The notes: generated by a model not told the origin, from the sequence alone. Positions 41,555-56,137 are shown, counted from the stretch's first letter. The stretch is 64,000 bases of DNA from Octopus vulgaris (GCA_951406725.2 OX597823.1:15128001-15192000), one strand, 5' to 3'. Numbers and translations: made by a program.

Positions 41555-42010
41555 GTGTATATATTATCTAGATAACGCTGCAATTTGATAACTTACCAGT
41601 TATAGGTTTTATAAGGGAGGTCACTCTTAAATATAGAATCAATACTTCAGAATTACGTCCCTTCTTGGGATTATTTCAACATATTAATGACTTGATCTGA
41701 CACAGGAATTTAAAATAAAGAGAACAAGCGTCTAACCTGCCTTTTTATGCCTTTCTTATGCTTTTCCAAATTGTATCAGTGATGTAACTGCAACATCCTA
41801 GTGACGTGACTGCAAAGCGAATGTTTACAGACTTCATCTGAAAATTTGTTTATAAGCTTAATTAAGTATTGGCTTCCACACTCACATATGCATTTCATTT
41901 ACTGAAACTACACATTTTCTATGATTTCTATATATGGTACATGTTGAGCTCTGAACTTTTCTTACATTCATGAACTTATACGTACTTATATGTTTCTTTT
42001 TATTGTGCAG

Positions 42011-42096
42011 CTCAAACGATTAATTATGAGAGCATACAGTGCCACGTATGTTCAAAGATCAACTGCACAAATCCGATCAACTGCCAAGGTTCAAAG
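42011..42096 (+). CDS. Ly6/uPAR (LU) domain copy 1, first exon
   Basis: tgcag|86 nt|gtaaac, phase 1-0; TQTINYESIQCHVCSKINCTNPINCQGSK. Confidence 0.85.
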
Positions 42097-42534
42097 GTAA
42101 ACAGATCTTCCTTTCTCACCTTCTTCTATGATACATCACAATCAAAACTGCCTAGATATTGATAGTCTTCTTTGAACTTCATGTAATGTTCCCTTTGTCG
42201 AAAAATATTTCGATATCTATTCAAATCTTTCTGACAATTAAAATCGTCTGCATCATAGTTCATGTGAATTTATTAACGCTTTGCTCTAAAACCATTTTGA
42301 ATTTGTAACTTCTAGAGATAAAATGCAACTTTAACGAATTAAGTTTGTAATTAGTCTCATCAGCCGGTTAAAAACAAAGGTGACTTCCTGTAGTCAGGTC
42401 ATTGAAACACACACACGCATACACACACACATACACACACATACATACATACATACATACATACATACATACATACATACGTACATACATACATACACGT
42501 ACATGCATACACACGTACATACATACATACATAC

Positions 42535-42565
<31 letters not shown>

Positions 42566-42699
42566 CATACATGCATGCATGCATGCATGCATGCATGCAT
42601 ACATACATACATACATACATACATACATACATACATACATACATACATACATACATACATACATACATACATACATACATACATACATACATACATACA

Positions 42700-43090
42700 T
42701 TATTATGGCTGTCCCCTCGTTATCGAGTATGGCCATTGCACGAAGCTTAACTGTTACTGGTGCTGTGATCGAATGTGACTTTTTAGCCCAGCTAAAGATC
42801 TACAATGTCTTGTACAGAATTGGCAGCTAAAACCTTTACCAGTAAAAAGCCGGCTGTAGTTGTAACTGGGCTTCATGTAACTTTGCATGCCGTTTAAGTC
42901 CTCCTGCCGAGTTACACTCTCTTCCACATGCCCGACAGATATGATTAGTATGGTGTGTTACACCACCACCAGTGGCCAGGTTGTCACTCATCTGTCTCGC
43001 TTTATGACTACGAAGATGACTCTTGAGTCCAGCTTTACTGAGGCAGGGTCTTGCACAGACATTGCATGTCAGCATCAAAGGAAGACCCAC
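42700..43090 (-). mobile_element. RTE LINE 3' end with C2H2 zinc fingers
   Basis: CNVCARPCLSKAGLKSHLRSH and CRACGRECNSAGGLKRHAKLH; embedded in (TACA)n. Confidence 0.7.
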
Positions 43091-46000
43091 ACATACATAC
43101 ATACATACATACATACATACATACATACATACATACATACATACATACATACATACATACACACATACATACATACACACACACATACACAAACACACAT
43201 ACATACTTACATGTTTATATATGTATGTAGCTATGTGCCCATGTGTGTGTGTGTGTGTGTCTTCAATTGACTACAAAAGGCTTTCAAGTTTTAAAAAGAT
43301 GCAAAGTCAACCGAGATGCAATTTGAACTCAGAATGCAAAGACGGATAAGATGCCGCTAAGCGTTTAACTCGGTGTGGTAACGATTCTGCCAGTTTGCCG
43401 CCGCCAGTTGATTGCGTAATATTCATTATATTATATTTATTACACTGTTCATGCACACACACACACACACACACATACATATATATATAAACTAAGTACA
43501 ACATAAATTATGATACCGTAGAACACAAATGCCATATTACAGTAAATTGAAATAAGCATGTGATACACCAAAAACAATACCTCAGTTCAATAGAGCAGAT
43601 ATAGAAACAATTGTAGGCTTATATAAATTAACAAAATATTAATAAATTTATAGTTCTCTGTTAAATATCTCCATTTTCTTCTTTATCACACACACATACA
43701 CACATACACACACACACATATTGGTTAATGACTTTATTCCATTCAGTTATACAAATTTTTTTTTTTTGGGGAAGCAGGCTAAGATGCCTACATGTCTAGT
43801 ATTATATTGGCCAAGGTCGGTCACCTCTCTGGTTTGAAGCGACCAGACAGGTTTTACATTTGCCCTGTGTGCGGAGAGAAAAAGGGTCTTGGGTGCAATT
43901 CAGTTAGTGTTTGCAGCGTATAGTTGCTGTTTATGAGGATGTTTTCTCCGTGAGTGTACTTAATCATGATTAAGAAGTAAAATGAAGGCTTGTTCCACAA
44001 TATCTTTTTGGTGAAACATCAAAATAATCGGCTACTGTTTAGAGGATAATTGTGCTTGTGGGCTAAACGATAAATATAGACACTATTCGTGTTGAGGATA
44101 GTGGTGTAGAGGTGTCTAAGCGATGTAATTTGTGATATTTGACTGAATGAATGCAGTGCAGCTGTAAGAATACGAGGTATTCTGGGTTTCTTTTTAATTT
44201 TTACGTAGGATTCGGAGGATCATTACTAAAAGAATGGTTCCATCGATTCGCCTAACTTCCTCTGATGAATCAGGTGTGAAGCACACGTAGAGTCAGGTTT
44301 AGTTAGAACTGATAGTGTTTTGGCCAATAAACTATCTTGAGGTTCCGTATTCACTGGAAGGTATGGGATTTGCGGACTATATAGAATTTTTTCTACTCTA
44401 GGCACAAGGCCTGAAATTTTGGGAGAGAAGGCCAGTCGATTAGAGATCGACCCCAGTATGCAACTGGTACTTAATTTATCGCCCCGAAAGTATGAAAGGC
44501 GAAGTCGACTTCGGCGGAATTTGAACTAAGAACATAAAGACAGACGAAATATCTATTTCTTTACTACCCAAAAGGGGCTAAACACAGAGCGGACAAACAA
44601 GGACAGACAAACGGATTAAGTCGATTACAGCAACCCCAGTGCGTAACTGGTACTTTATCGACCCTGAAAGCATGAAAGGCGTAGTCGACTTCGGCGGAAT
44701 TTGAACTAAGAACGTAAAGACACGATATATCGCTAAGCATTTCGCCCGGCGTGCTAACGTTTCTGCCAGTTCGCCACCTTTTGTGGAGTATATAGATGTC
44801 TGGCAGGGAGTTTAGATAAGACTGGATATTAAAAAGAGATCAAGGGTGTTTGGACTGTCTTTGTCTCAGGTAAGGGTGCCTGAAAAGCATGAAAGAACTT
44901 GATCTAAAAAGTTAATGTCTATAAAAGATTCGGTTTCTGTAACTGCGGCAAAAATATGCGATGAATGTGACAACCAAGAAAAGTTGAGAATACTGAAATT
45001 AGCGAAGACACGAAGGTTTCAGAATAGGCTGAGATGATTTTGTGTTTAATTTTTGGAGATATCGGATTTATTTTATAAATCTACAGTCATGAAATTATGG
45101 TTTAGAAGTCACCTTCGAAACCATGTGGCTTATGATTTAGTCTCCATGTGCTGCAGCTTGGATAAGTGTTTTGGATTATAAACTCACCGGAACTGATCAT
45201 TGTCTTGCGAATAAATTTAGTAGGCGGAAACTGTGCAGAACCCGTTTCATGTGTGTGTGTGCGTGTGTGCTTGCGCGACAAGTGAGAGACAACACGATAA
45301 AGAAACCTAGTAATTACAAACGAGCAACGAAGGCGACAAAACTAACCTCAACAACAACAACAAAAAAATCAATGGCTTAATGTCAAAGAATTCTGTCCCA
45401 TCCGCTAAGGGAACAAGTACATAAGAGGTATAACATTCACTTGAGAGTAAAAATGTAACGATAAAAATATTGCGTGATATTGTGTCAAATTGTGTGGCGT
45501 GTTTTCATGGTGATGTCGGTAATAGAAATTAGCTACACTACAAGAAAAGTAGTCGCATACAAATGCGTAAATATGAGGAAATCCCATGCCGGTTGGAACA
45601 AAGACGGTTTCTGGAAGTGATTTTGACCATATTGACCAATGAACAATCTAACAGAAACCGTTGCAATCCCAAAAAGGAAAGCAGCGGCAACCACAACGTC
45701 AGACATTGGAACGGAGAGGCAATAAAGACTCTTATAAAAGAGCATAAATACAGATGTATACGTCCCTGATTTTGTTGCCTCATAACATCCAGAAAAATGG
45801 ATACTTTTTAACGAAATGTTCTACAAAAACCACTCAGATGCCGTGACTTCAGAGTATATAGAGATTTATGGGGAATAATTTTTCCTATTTTGGCCATTTT
45901 TTAAAACCTAAGAACTATGGGAAAATTCACGCGGTCCGACTTTATCTCGCTTATAACTTCCAGAAAATGGGTATCTTTTAACGAAAGTTTATACAAATAC

Positions 46001-46359
46001 CTTTCAAACAGCAATGATTACGATTCTAAAGCAATTTATGGGGAATATTTTTTCTGAAAGGATGGGGAGAGGAGTTTCGGATCAGGAAGACCAAATGTGT
46101 TAGAGCAACTTTGCTGTGGCGGGATTTTCCCCATTTTTTTTAAACCATAGCCTTCCAAATGATGGGGTTGGGTTGGGTTGGGTGGGGGCATCGTTATATG
46201 AGAAAAAGTTTGAAACTGTTTTACAACCCCCACTCCCTCATCATCCCACTCCGTACCTATTTCGGTGGTGGTGGTGGTGGTGGATGTGGTGGTGGTGGTG
46301 GTGGATGTGGTGGTGGTGTTGATGGTATATGATTTTTGTTTTAATATTTATCGCTGCAG

Positions 46360-46540
46360 GCTGCATGTATGACCACAATAACAAAGCATGATGAACCCAT
46401 GGTTGAAAAAAAATGTAGCACACAGGAAAAATGCGTTGAAGCTGAGAGAGGGAATGTGTCGAATTGCAATAATTGGACTTCTGGCAATTCTTGTGTTACT
46501 TGTTGCCACACAGATTTATGTAACCAGAAGGTTTTCAGAG
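46360..46540 (+). CDS. LU domain copy 1, second exon
   Basis: tgcag|181 nt|gtaagt, phase 0-1; AACMTTITK...KKCSTQEKC...NC...SCVTCCHTDLCNQKVFR, with the LU-diagnostic CCxxDxCN end. Confidence 0.88.
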
Positions 46541-46623
46541 GTAAGTTTTGTTCGTTTTCTGTTTTTCCCCTTTTTTTCTTACAATCGCACTCGAGTTGTT
46601 AGAGTAGTAGTAGTAGCAGTAGC

Positions 46624-46694
<71 letters not shown>

Positions 46695-47015
46695 ACTTGA
46701 TCTGACACAGGAATTTAAAATAAAGAGAACAAGCGTCTAACCTGCCTTTTTATGCCTTTCTTATGCTTTTCCAAATTGTATCAGTGATGTAACTGCAACA
46801 TCCTAGTGACGTGACTGCAAAGCGAATGTTTACAGACTTCATCTGAAAATTTGTTTATAAGCTTAATTAAGTATTGGCTCCCACACTCACATATGCATTT
46901 CATTTACTGAAACTACACATTTTCTATGATTTCTATATATGGTACATGTTGAGCTCTGAACTTTTCTTACATTCATGAACTTATACGTACTTATATGTTT
47001 CTTTTTATTGTGCAG

Positions 47016-47101
47016 CTCAAACGATTAATTTTGAGAGCATACAGTGCCACGTATGTTCAAAGATCAACTGCACAAATCCGATCAACTGCCAAGGTTCAAA
47101 G
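47016..47101 (+). CDS. LU domain copy 2, first exon
   Basis: Near-identical to 42011-42096 (TAT>TTT, Y>F); intact splice sites. Confidence 0.75.
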
Positions 47102-49187
47102 GTAAACAGATCTTCCTTTCTCACCTTCTTCTATGATACATCACAATCAAAACTGCCTAGATATTGATAGTCTTCTTTGAACTTCATGTAATGTTCCCTT
47201 TGTCGAAAAATATTTCGATATCTATTCAAATCTTTCTGACAATTAAAATCGTCTGCATCATAGTTCATGTGAATTTATTAACGCTTTGCTCTAAAACCAT
47301 TTTGAAAGCATGAAAGGCGTAGTCGACTTCGGCGGAATTTGAACTAAGAACGTAAAGACACGATATATCGCTAAGCATTTCGCCCGGCGTGCTAACGTTT
47401 CTGCCAGTTCGCCACCTTTTGTGGAGTATATAGATGTCTGACAGGGAGTTTAGATAAGACTGGATATTAAAAAGAGATCAAGGGTGTTTGGACTGTCTTT
47501 GTCTCAGGTAAGGGTGCCTGAAAAGCATGAAAGAACTTGATCTAAAAAGTTAATGTCTATAAAAGATTCGGTTTCTGTAACTGCGGCAAAAATATGCGAT
47601 GAATGTGACAACCAAGAAAAGTTGAGAATACTGAAATTAGCGAAGACACGAAGGTTTCAGAATAGGCTGAGATGATTTTGTGTTTAATTTTTGGAGATAT
47701 CGGATTTATTTTATAAATCTACAGTCATGAAATTATGGTTTAGAAGTCACCTTCGAAACCATGTGGCTTATGATTTAGTCTCCATGTGCTGCAGCTTGGA
47801 TAAGTGTTTTGGATTATAAACTCACCGGAACTGATCATTGTCTTGCGAATAAATTTAGTAGGCGGAAACTGTGCAGAACCCGTTTCATGTGTGTGTGTGC
47901 GTGTGTGCTTGCGCGACAAGTGAGAGACAACACGATAAAGAAACCTAGTAATTACAAACGAGCAACGAAGGCGACAAAACTAACCTCAACAACAACAACA
48001 AAAAAATCAATGGCTTAATGTCAAAGAATTCTGTCCCATCCGCTAAGGGAACAAGTACATAAGAGGTATAACATTCACTTGAGAGTAAAAATGTAACGAT
48101 AAAAATATTGCGTGATATTGTGTCAAATTGTGTGGCGTGTTTTCATGGTGATGTCGGTAATAGAAATTAGCTACACTACAAGAAAAGTAGTCGCATACAA
48201 ATGCGTAAATATGAGGAAATCCCATGCCGGTTGGAACAAAGACGGTTTCTGGAAGTGATTTTGACCATATTGACCAATGAACAATCTAACAGAAACCGTT
48301 GCAATCCCAAAAAGGAAAGCAGCGGCAACCACAACGTCAGACATTGGAACGGAGAGGCAATAAAGACTCTTGTAAAAGAGCATAAATACAGATGTATACG
48401 TCCCTGATTTTGTTGCCTCATAACATCCAGAAAAATGGATACTTTTAACGAAATGTTCTACAAAAACCACTCAGATGCCGTGACTTCAGAGTATATAGAG
48501 ATTTATGGGGAATAATTTTTCCTATTTTGGCCATTTTTTAAAACTTAAGAACTATGGGAAAATTCACGCGGTCCGACTTTATCTCGCTTATAACTTCCAG
48601 AAAATGGGTATCTTTTAACGAAAGTTTATACAAATACCTTTCAAACAGCAATGATTACGATTCTAAAGCAATTTATGGGGAATATTTTTTCTGAAAGGAT
48701 GGGGAGAGGAGTTTCGGATCAGGAAGACCAAATGTGTTAGAGCAACTTTGCTGTGGCGGGATTTTCCCCATTTTTTTTAAACCATAGCCTTCCAAATGAT
48801 GGGGTTGGGTTGGGTTGGGTGGGGGCATCGTTATATGAGAAAAAGTTTGAAACTGTTTTACAACCCCCACTCCCTCATCATCCCACTCCGTACGTATTTC
48901 GGCCAACTTTCGTCGCACTTCCAAACTAAGGGAGGATCCTTTTCGGTAAAAAAAATAATTCTAATATTTTTAGAGGGAAAAGTGAGTGGTTTAAGGTAGA
49001 TTTGGCTGTTGTTTCTAGCACATCCTATGACAACACTCCACGTTTCTTTATCACTCTGGGGTCAATAAATTAAGTACCAGTTGAACACTTGGGTCGATGT
49101 AATCAAGTCATCAAGTGATCCCCTCAAAACGTCTACCCTTGTAGCAAAACTTGAAACCGTTGTTATTATTATTATTATTATTATTAT

Positions 49188-49233
<46 letters not shown>

Positions 49234-49362
49234 GGTGGTGGTGGTGGTGGTGGTGGTGGTGGTGGTGGTGGTGGTGGTGGTGGTGGTGGTGGTGGTGGTG
49301 GTGGTGGATGTGGTGGTGGTGGTGATGGTATATGATTTTTGTTTTAATATTTATCGCTGCAG

Positions 49363-49543
49363 CCTGCATGTATGACCACAATAACAAAGCATGATGAACC
49401 CATGGTTGAAAAAAAATGTAGCACACAGGAAAAATGCGTTGAAGCTGAGAGAGGGAATGTGTCGAATTGCAATAATTGGACTTCTGGCAATTCTTGTGTT
49501 ACTTGTTGCCACACAGATTTATGTAACCAGAAGGTTTTCAGAG
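49363..49543 (+). CDS. LU domain copy 2, second exon
   Basis: Near-identical to 46360-46540 (GCT>CCT, A>P); intact splice sites. Confidence 0.8.
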
Positions 49544-49603
49544 GTAAGTTTTGTTCGTTTTCTGTTTTTCCCCTTTTTTTCTTACAATCGCACTCGAGTT
49601 GTT

Positions 49604-49605
<2 letters not shown>

Positions 49606-49639
<34 letters not shown>

Positions 49640-49658
49640 CTGCTGCTGCAGCAGCAGC

Positions 49659-49702
<44 letters not shown>

Positions 49703-49722
49703 GAGTAGCTGCTGCTGCTGCT

Positions 49723-49763
<41 letters not shown>

Positions 49764-49786
49764 GCTGCTGCTAGCTAGCTAGCTAG

Positions 49787-49845
<59 letters not shown>

Positions 49846-49865
49846 TGCCGCTAGCTAGCTAGCTG

Positions 49866-49911
<46 letters not shown>

Positions 49912-49933
49912 CAGTAGTAGTAGTAGTAGTAGT

Positions 49934-49977
<44 letters not shown>

Positions 49978-49982
49978 TAGTA
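49606..49982. repeat. (AGC)n/(AGT)n compound microsatellite with short inverted segments
   Basis: Direct reading. Confidence 0.95.
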
Positions 49983-50807
49983 GGGAGAAATCAGTGTAAC
50001 AATGCGCTGCTGCATCCATCATCTGTTGGTGATTGCTTACTCCTGGAGGCTGACACATTTGCACCACCCAGGCAACAGCCCTCCAACCCTAGGGTCTGTT
50101 TGGGCAGTCGTTGCTGGTAAAGGTTTTACAAGGTCGGAGCGCAAATCCTACTTCAACTTCTTTTCGCTGTCTTTTACGACATGCTGAGGAAACGTTATGT
50201 CTCTTCTTTGATATGCCGATCCCTACATAACACAAGAGAAACACGAAATTAAGTGTTTTACTCAAGAACACAACACGCCACCCAAGTCCTAACCACCAGG
50301 CCGTGTGTCAAAGATCCTTTCCGAGTTATATAGACTCAATGACGTTATATAGACTCCGTTGGTCCGTGGCAGGGTTACTGAATTTTTCCAGTTGAGTAAA
50401 CTAGATCAACGTGAAATGAAGTGCTTTCCTCAAGAGCACAACGTAATTCCCGATCCACGAATCGAAACCAGAATCTTGCGATCATCAGTCTGATATATTA
50501 ACCACTAATACGCTCTATTACTGTTACCAAAGCGCAATTACGGCCAGACCCTTCTGAGAAGTGCCGATAATCTCAAGAATCAAGAATTCTTCTTCAAACT
50601 TGCCATTCCATGTAAGGAAAAGGACAGGTTTATTTTCTGGATATAAGAGGCACACATGTTTCTGTCTCAGTAGACGTCATCAGCACAGCAACCGTCCCGC
50701 CTTGTTTCCTGCAGCAAAGGGACTTACACTTTAGAAAAAGAGCGTGTGTATTTATATAAGTATGTATATGTTTGTATATGTATGTATACTTTATATGTAT
50801 GCACATT

Positions 50808-50860
<53 letters not shown>

Positions 50861-50882
50861 TATATATGCATTTATGTATATA

Positions 50883-50917
<35 letters not shown>

Positions 50918-50940
50918 AAGCAAAATGTTTCTAGCCTCAT

Positions 50941-51040
50941 ATACCGAAGGAATTAGAAATGGCAGTCAAAGACCGTTTTTTCCATTTCTATAGAAATGGA
51001 AAAAACGGTCTTTGACTGCCATTTCTAATTCCTTCGGTAT
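50941..51040. repeat. Perfect 100-bp palindrome
   Basis: 50-nt arms, no spacer, centre tcta|taga. Confidence 0.95.
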
Positions 51041-51200
51041 GAGGCGAAACAGCTTGCTGCTAGCCAAATTATTTTTCTTTACTATATACTGAACCTTACA
51101 AAGGTCTTGACAATTATTTTGTCGTATTTACATACCGAAATTTACCGGTAAATAATTGTTGGTTACATGAAAAACCACAGGAAAATTATTTACCATTTTT

Positions 51201-51260
<60 letters not shown>

Positions 51261-51295
51261 CACACGCACACATACTAACACACACACAAACATAA

Positions 51296-51330
<35 letters not shown>

Positions 51331-51503
51331 CATATATATGCACGCACTTTATACAAATATATTTTCATATAATATATACTTATGTATATACATACATATA
51401 AATATATATACAGACATACATAGATATCCATACATATATATGTATATGCATGTATATATATTTATACATGCTTATATGTATATATGTATATGAATATATA
51501 CAT

Positions 51504-51536
<33 letters not shown>

Positions 51537-51557
51537 AACACATATGCATATATGTGC

Positions 51558-51636
<79 letters not shown>

Positions 51637-51639
<3 letters not shown>

Positions 51640-51900
51640 ACCCGCTCTCTTCAACATTACACTAGGACACGTCAAAACAGAAACTGACCACACAAAATTC
51701 AAGAAGTCTTTGGACAAATTCCTTCAAACAGTCCCGGAAAAACCACCCACACCCGGATATGTCTCCGCAAACAATAACTCTCTGCTCGAATGGGCCTCGG
51801 TGCCCAAATCCTGAATTGAAAGACTTTGCCAGGTGGTGCTACTAAGTTAGACATGGCATGGGCCAATACTGGCCAAAACCTTTCTAAGTTATTCGAAGTT
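51637..51900 (+). mobile_element. 3' end of the same LINE family as 14429-16640
   Basis: GPALFNI...[21 protein letters not shown]...NNNSLLE; shared 3'UTR caggtggtgcta.taag.tagacatggc. Confidence 0.85.
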
Positions 51901-52574
51901 ATACATATATGTATATGTACGTATATACATATGTATATATGTATGTACACGCATACATAGCATGCATGAGCTTCGATTTTCGTACGCCAGATTACAAATT
52001 TTTCATCTCTCATACATTACATAATACTTGATCGTGATAATTTATGACCGGGTTCAGGCCATTGGTTTGAGGAACCGTGTCTTGTTAAAATAAAGCAATT
52101 TATTTGGGTGCTTAAACATTCTGTTGCCGCCTTAGATTTGTGATTAGCACACATACGGTTTGCAGCAGATATGAGGTTTGATTTATGTACGGAATGCAGC
52201 AAAGTTTTCCATCTTCTTTGCTATATAGGCATGTGTCTGTGTGCGGGAATATGTAAGTTAGAGGTCCATGAAGCACTCGTCCGTTTTCCACTACTGCAAA
52301 AGCTTGCAACATGGAGTTGTTCTTGCTTCCATTACCTATTCACAGCTAGTGATAGTAACGCTGTAGCCTCAAGAACTAAGTAACAGAATGCAAACTAACC
52401 AATCTTGGACCGAATTGCAGTCCCTTGTCAACACCACAGTCTTTGATTTGTCATTGTGAAGGGAAAAAATTGTATAGAAATCATGCATTTACCAATCGAA
52501 TTAGTTTAATGCCTATAATGTATGTCGTGATTATAATAGCAATGTCTCTGTTTTATTTTTATCGCTATCAACAG

Positions 52575-52654
52575 ACTGGACCAGTTTTCAATTATATTTG
52601 CTTTACAAGAGGCAAGGCAACAAAAATGAAAACCTTGAAACCATATCTAAAGAA
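52575..52654 (+). CDS. Exon of possible SEA-like region (DWTSFQLYLLYKRQGNKNENLETISKE)
   Basis: aacag|80 nt|gtaagt; phase 1-0 fits both neighbours. Confidence 0.8.
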
Positions 52655-52723
52655 GTAAGTGCTTGCCTATCTAAAATCCATTTTGAACTTTCTCTCCCTC
52701 TTTTCTCCCTCTACTTTCCCTCT

Positions 52724-52769
<46 letters not shown>

Positions 52770-52842
52770 CTTTTTGCGTATATAATATACACTCATAGAC
52801 AGACGGACAAACATACACACACACACACACATTAACAATTTC

Positions 52843-53014
52843 AAATTTATATAACGTGCCTTGTATCTCCAAGCAATCTTTCAGGCTCTTTACACATGGT
52901 TAGTCCTATTTTCTTGCGCTTTCTCATGGACATGCGCCTTGGTTTTCAAACAGGACTAACCGTGTGCAATGAGTCCGAAAGGTTGGCTGGAAACACAAGG
53001 CATGTTATATAAAT
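52843..53014. repeat. Foldback/MITE-like hairpin
   Basis: atttatataacgtgcc...ggcatgttatataaat inverted arms. Confidence 0.65.
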
Positions 53015-54694
53015 CTGCCGAATTATCGTTCCTCCATGGCATGAAACTATTGGCTAAATACTGTGTACATTAAATGATATTTATCTTTCACAGGATGGAG
53101 TACTTTTTTTGTTGAGCCAACCTATAACGGAACAATAAACTATGTGTGCGTGTATGTATGTATGTATGTATGTATGTATGTATGTATGTATGTATTATGT
53201 GTGTATGTATGCACAGATGATAGAACAGCATAAATATTTTATGTTAAGTAAAGTATATGACATTGTTGGTAAAAGATAACAGAGACTATGCAATTACGCC
53301 TCATCAGATTTTGAAAATATTTCTACGACTGCATTTGTATTTGTTATTGAGACATTAATTAATCGCATCAAGAATACAGACATGAAAATTATTTGTACTA
53401 TCTTGCAATGGATCTATTTGGATTAGGGATATTGATGCTAGCTTTTGATATTGCTGAGAGATCGTACAATTCACCAAAGTTAAATAAATGCTCTATATAC
53501 AAGTTTCTAAAGATATCATCCATAATTTCCTCTCAAACCCTAGTTTATATCGCATAATTGAAGCCCACTTCAAAGTTGTTAATTTTTGTTGCTCTTCCTT
53601 TTTACCTTAATAACGAATATCTACAATATGCACGTTCGAATAGAATATGAAATCACTCGAAAAATGTAATTAATAAGTTAATAATATAATTGAAAATTAA
53701 ATAAAAAAAGATGGTTCATTATGACTGTCTTCTTTACCTTCTAACGGACAGATCTTGAGCGATGCATTCAATCATGATAACGAAGCCTTCACTAGAACGA
53801 AAAAACTAAATATGTGGAAAAAACTAAATTTAATATTGATGCTAAATTTAGCATCAACTAAGCATAAAAGAACATCCGTTATATATTATAATCCTTCATT
53901 TAATTAATTGATATCAGCAATCATAGCCAAAGTATTCTTCAAACTTCTCCTTTAGCATCTCACCTCAACCACAAACATAGTAAGATTTTCAACAAAATTA
54001 TATTAAAATCCTCTATTCCGCCACACACCATTTTAGAATAATATTTGCCAACTTCAGCCAATTTGAATTAAAATTATCTTCATCTAACCATGATAAACCA
54101 AACTCTAATAGTAGCGGCACCAACAACTATCCTCTAGAAGGCAATTATGACTATATAAAGCATAATAATTGGCATAATGTATTATTGTTAACTCTGATTT
54201 AGCGTCAAACCATACATCGTATTAACGGACAATTTCTTCAAATTTAGTTGTCATGAACATGCGTGCACCTTTCAGTATCAGTATAGGAAATCTAGCACGG
54301 CGTTTTCGAAATGCGACACTCTGAAGTCAGTTATTACGAATTTAGATGTAAAACAGAAAATACTATGCACAGCAACGTCTTACGCCAGCAATGATGTGCC
54401 ATTTTTATTTTTACCCCTGAGGTTCTATGAAATAATACTTGGCTACTTAACCGTCACTTATAATTCAGAACATTAACATACTCTCAATGCATTATCTATC
54501 TTGGGAGGTAACATTTTACTTTCTACACACACAGTCATCTCCATGATACTTAAGCTACCCAATTAACGATTTGGCATGATTTTTAATTGAAATTAATCAG
54601 CGATTTCAATGTCATTGATATTTATCCGGTAAACGTTTTAGATTTTACCTCATCAATATATACTAATTCTTACAAACATATCATTGCCCTGTAA

Positions 54695-55057
54695 TCTTCT
54701 CTCTATATATAAACGGCAGTTTGTCTGTGTGTCTGTTAGGTTGTACCCTCACCCTGACCACGGCTTTCAATCGATTCTGATGAAACTTGACACACACATA
54801 GCCCAATGTCATAATTCAAAACTAACGCAGCGAAAATTTTGAAAAGTTCCCCCAGTTCTGAAAAAAATCGATAAATTCGACATGGGGTCGAGAATCAGAA
54901 AAACAAACCACAGACTGTCTAGGGGACGCAACTCGACCTTTTTAACTAAAAAAAAAATTTACCATCATTTTTTTCCCATTTTTTGGCTATAACTCTCTAA
55001 AAATGCTTTATAGTTATTTCCCTTACAAACCCGAGCAACGCCGGGCGATACTGCTAG
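54695..55057 (+). mobile_element. Non-autonomous Helitron
   Basis: A|TC start; 3' hairpin cccgagcaacgccggg then CTAG|T. Confidence 0.85.
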
Positions 55058-55345
55058 TAACTGATATAAGGATAACACTAAGCAGCACATTTTACAATAA
55101 TATTTGCTTCAGTATTACAAAACACGCGTTAACACATAGACGTAATCATCACATCTAGAGTATTTATGTCGCTTATAGTGTAGTCTGGTGCGTAAGGCGC
55201 AACACTTTATAATGGGGATTATTAGGGGCATTGCGATACTCTGCTCAGCCTAGTGAGTACGTTTCTCCTGTCAGTATACAATCTTTCTTGTATCACGACT
55301 TATGTTATTCCCATAACAATGCGCAGTGACTTGTTATTGGAAGCC

Positions 55346-55730
55346 GGAGGCGCAATGGCCCAGTGGTTAGGGCAGCGGACTCGCGGTCGTAGGATCGCGG
55401 TTTCGATTCCCAGACCGGGCGTTGTGAGTGTTTATTGAGCGAAAACACCTAAAGCTCCACGAGTCTCCGGCAGGGGATGGTGGTGATCCCTGCTGTACTC
55501 TTTCACCACAACTTTCTCTCACTCTTACTTCCTGTTTCTGTTGTACCTGTATTTCAAAGGGCCGGCCTTGTCCCTCTCTGTGTCACGCTGAATATCCCCG
55601 AGAACTACGTTAAGGGTACACGTGTCTGTGGAGTGCTCAGCCACTTACACGTTAATTTCAGGAGCAGGCTGTTCCGTTGATTCGGATCAACCGGAACCCT
55701 CGTCGTCGTAACCGACGGAATGCTTCCATA
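55346..55730 (+). mobile_element. tRNA-derived SINE
   Basis: 11-bp TSD tattggaagcc; A/B boxes. Confidence 0.92.
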
Positions 55731-56137
55731 TATTGGAAGCCAAAATGAAAAGTATTAAAACGCATTATAAGAAGCCTAATACAATCCGTAGGTTCCTCAG
55801 TGACAAGCATAATACGTACAGACCAATTTTGAACGATAGTTAACGTCACACTTTCAAAACAAAGCAGTGACATGATAGGAAATTGTTCCATTGTACCATT
55901 TAATATAACGAACAGAATATTTCTATCCATCTCCATTGTCATGGAACCTCACCCCAAAAAAAAAATTGTTCTCTTCTAAACACCCCCCCCCAAAAAAAAA
56001 CATCTGTTTTATATAAATGAACAAGGTGTTTGTACATTCACAAACTATTATTTGACAAGTTTGAGAAAGGAATGAAAGCGCTAATAATAATGAAGAAATA
56101 AAAAAAATTTTTTTCCAAAATTTTGACGACTCTTTTT

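Larger units (their letters stand above)
41689..49610 (+). repeat. Tandem duplication (41689 to about 46610, and 46694 to about 49610) containing the LU exon pair
   Basis: Near-identical introns and exons; each copy has a private deletion. Confidence 0.92.

Noticed and set aside
41780-41830. *CNCNILVT*LQ resembling an LRRCT
   Set aside because: Two stops and wrong spacing; a proper LRRCT exon exists at 40541-40707.
42836-43204. C2H2 zinc-finger gene
   Set aside because: No TGEKP linkers; fits an RTE LINE C-terminus embedded in microsatellite.
49551-50067. PolyQ/polyA/polyS coding exon
   Set aside because: Intronic (AGC)n tract; the paralogous position is (AGT)n; no splice sites; possibly poorly resolved sequence.
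55346-55420. tRNA-like gene (also near 3220-3295, 35380-35455, 60225)
   Set aside because: These are SINE heads continuing into SINE bodies, several with clear TSDs.
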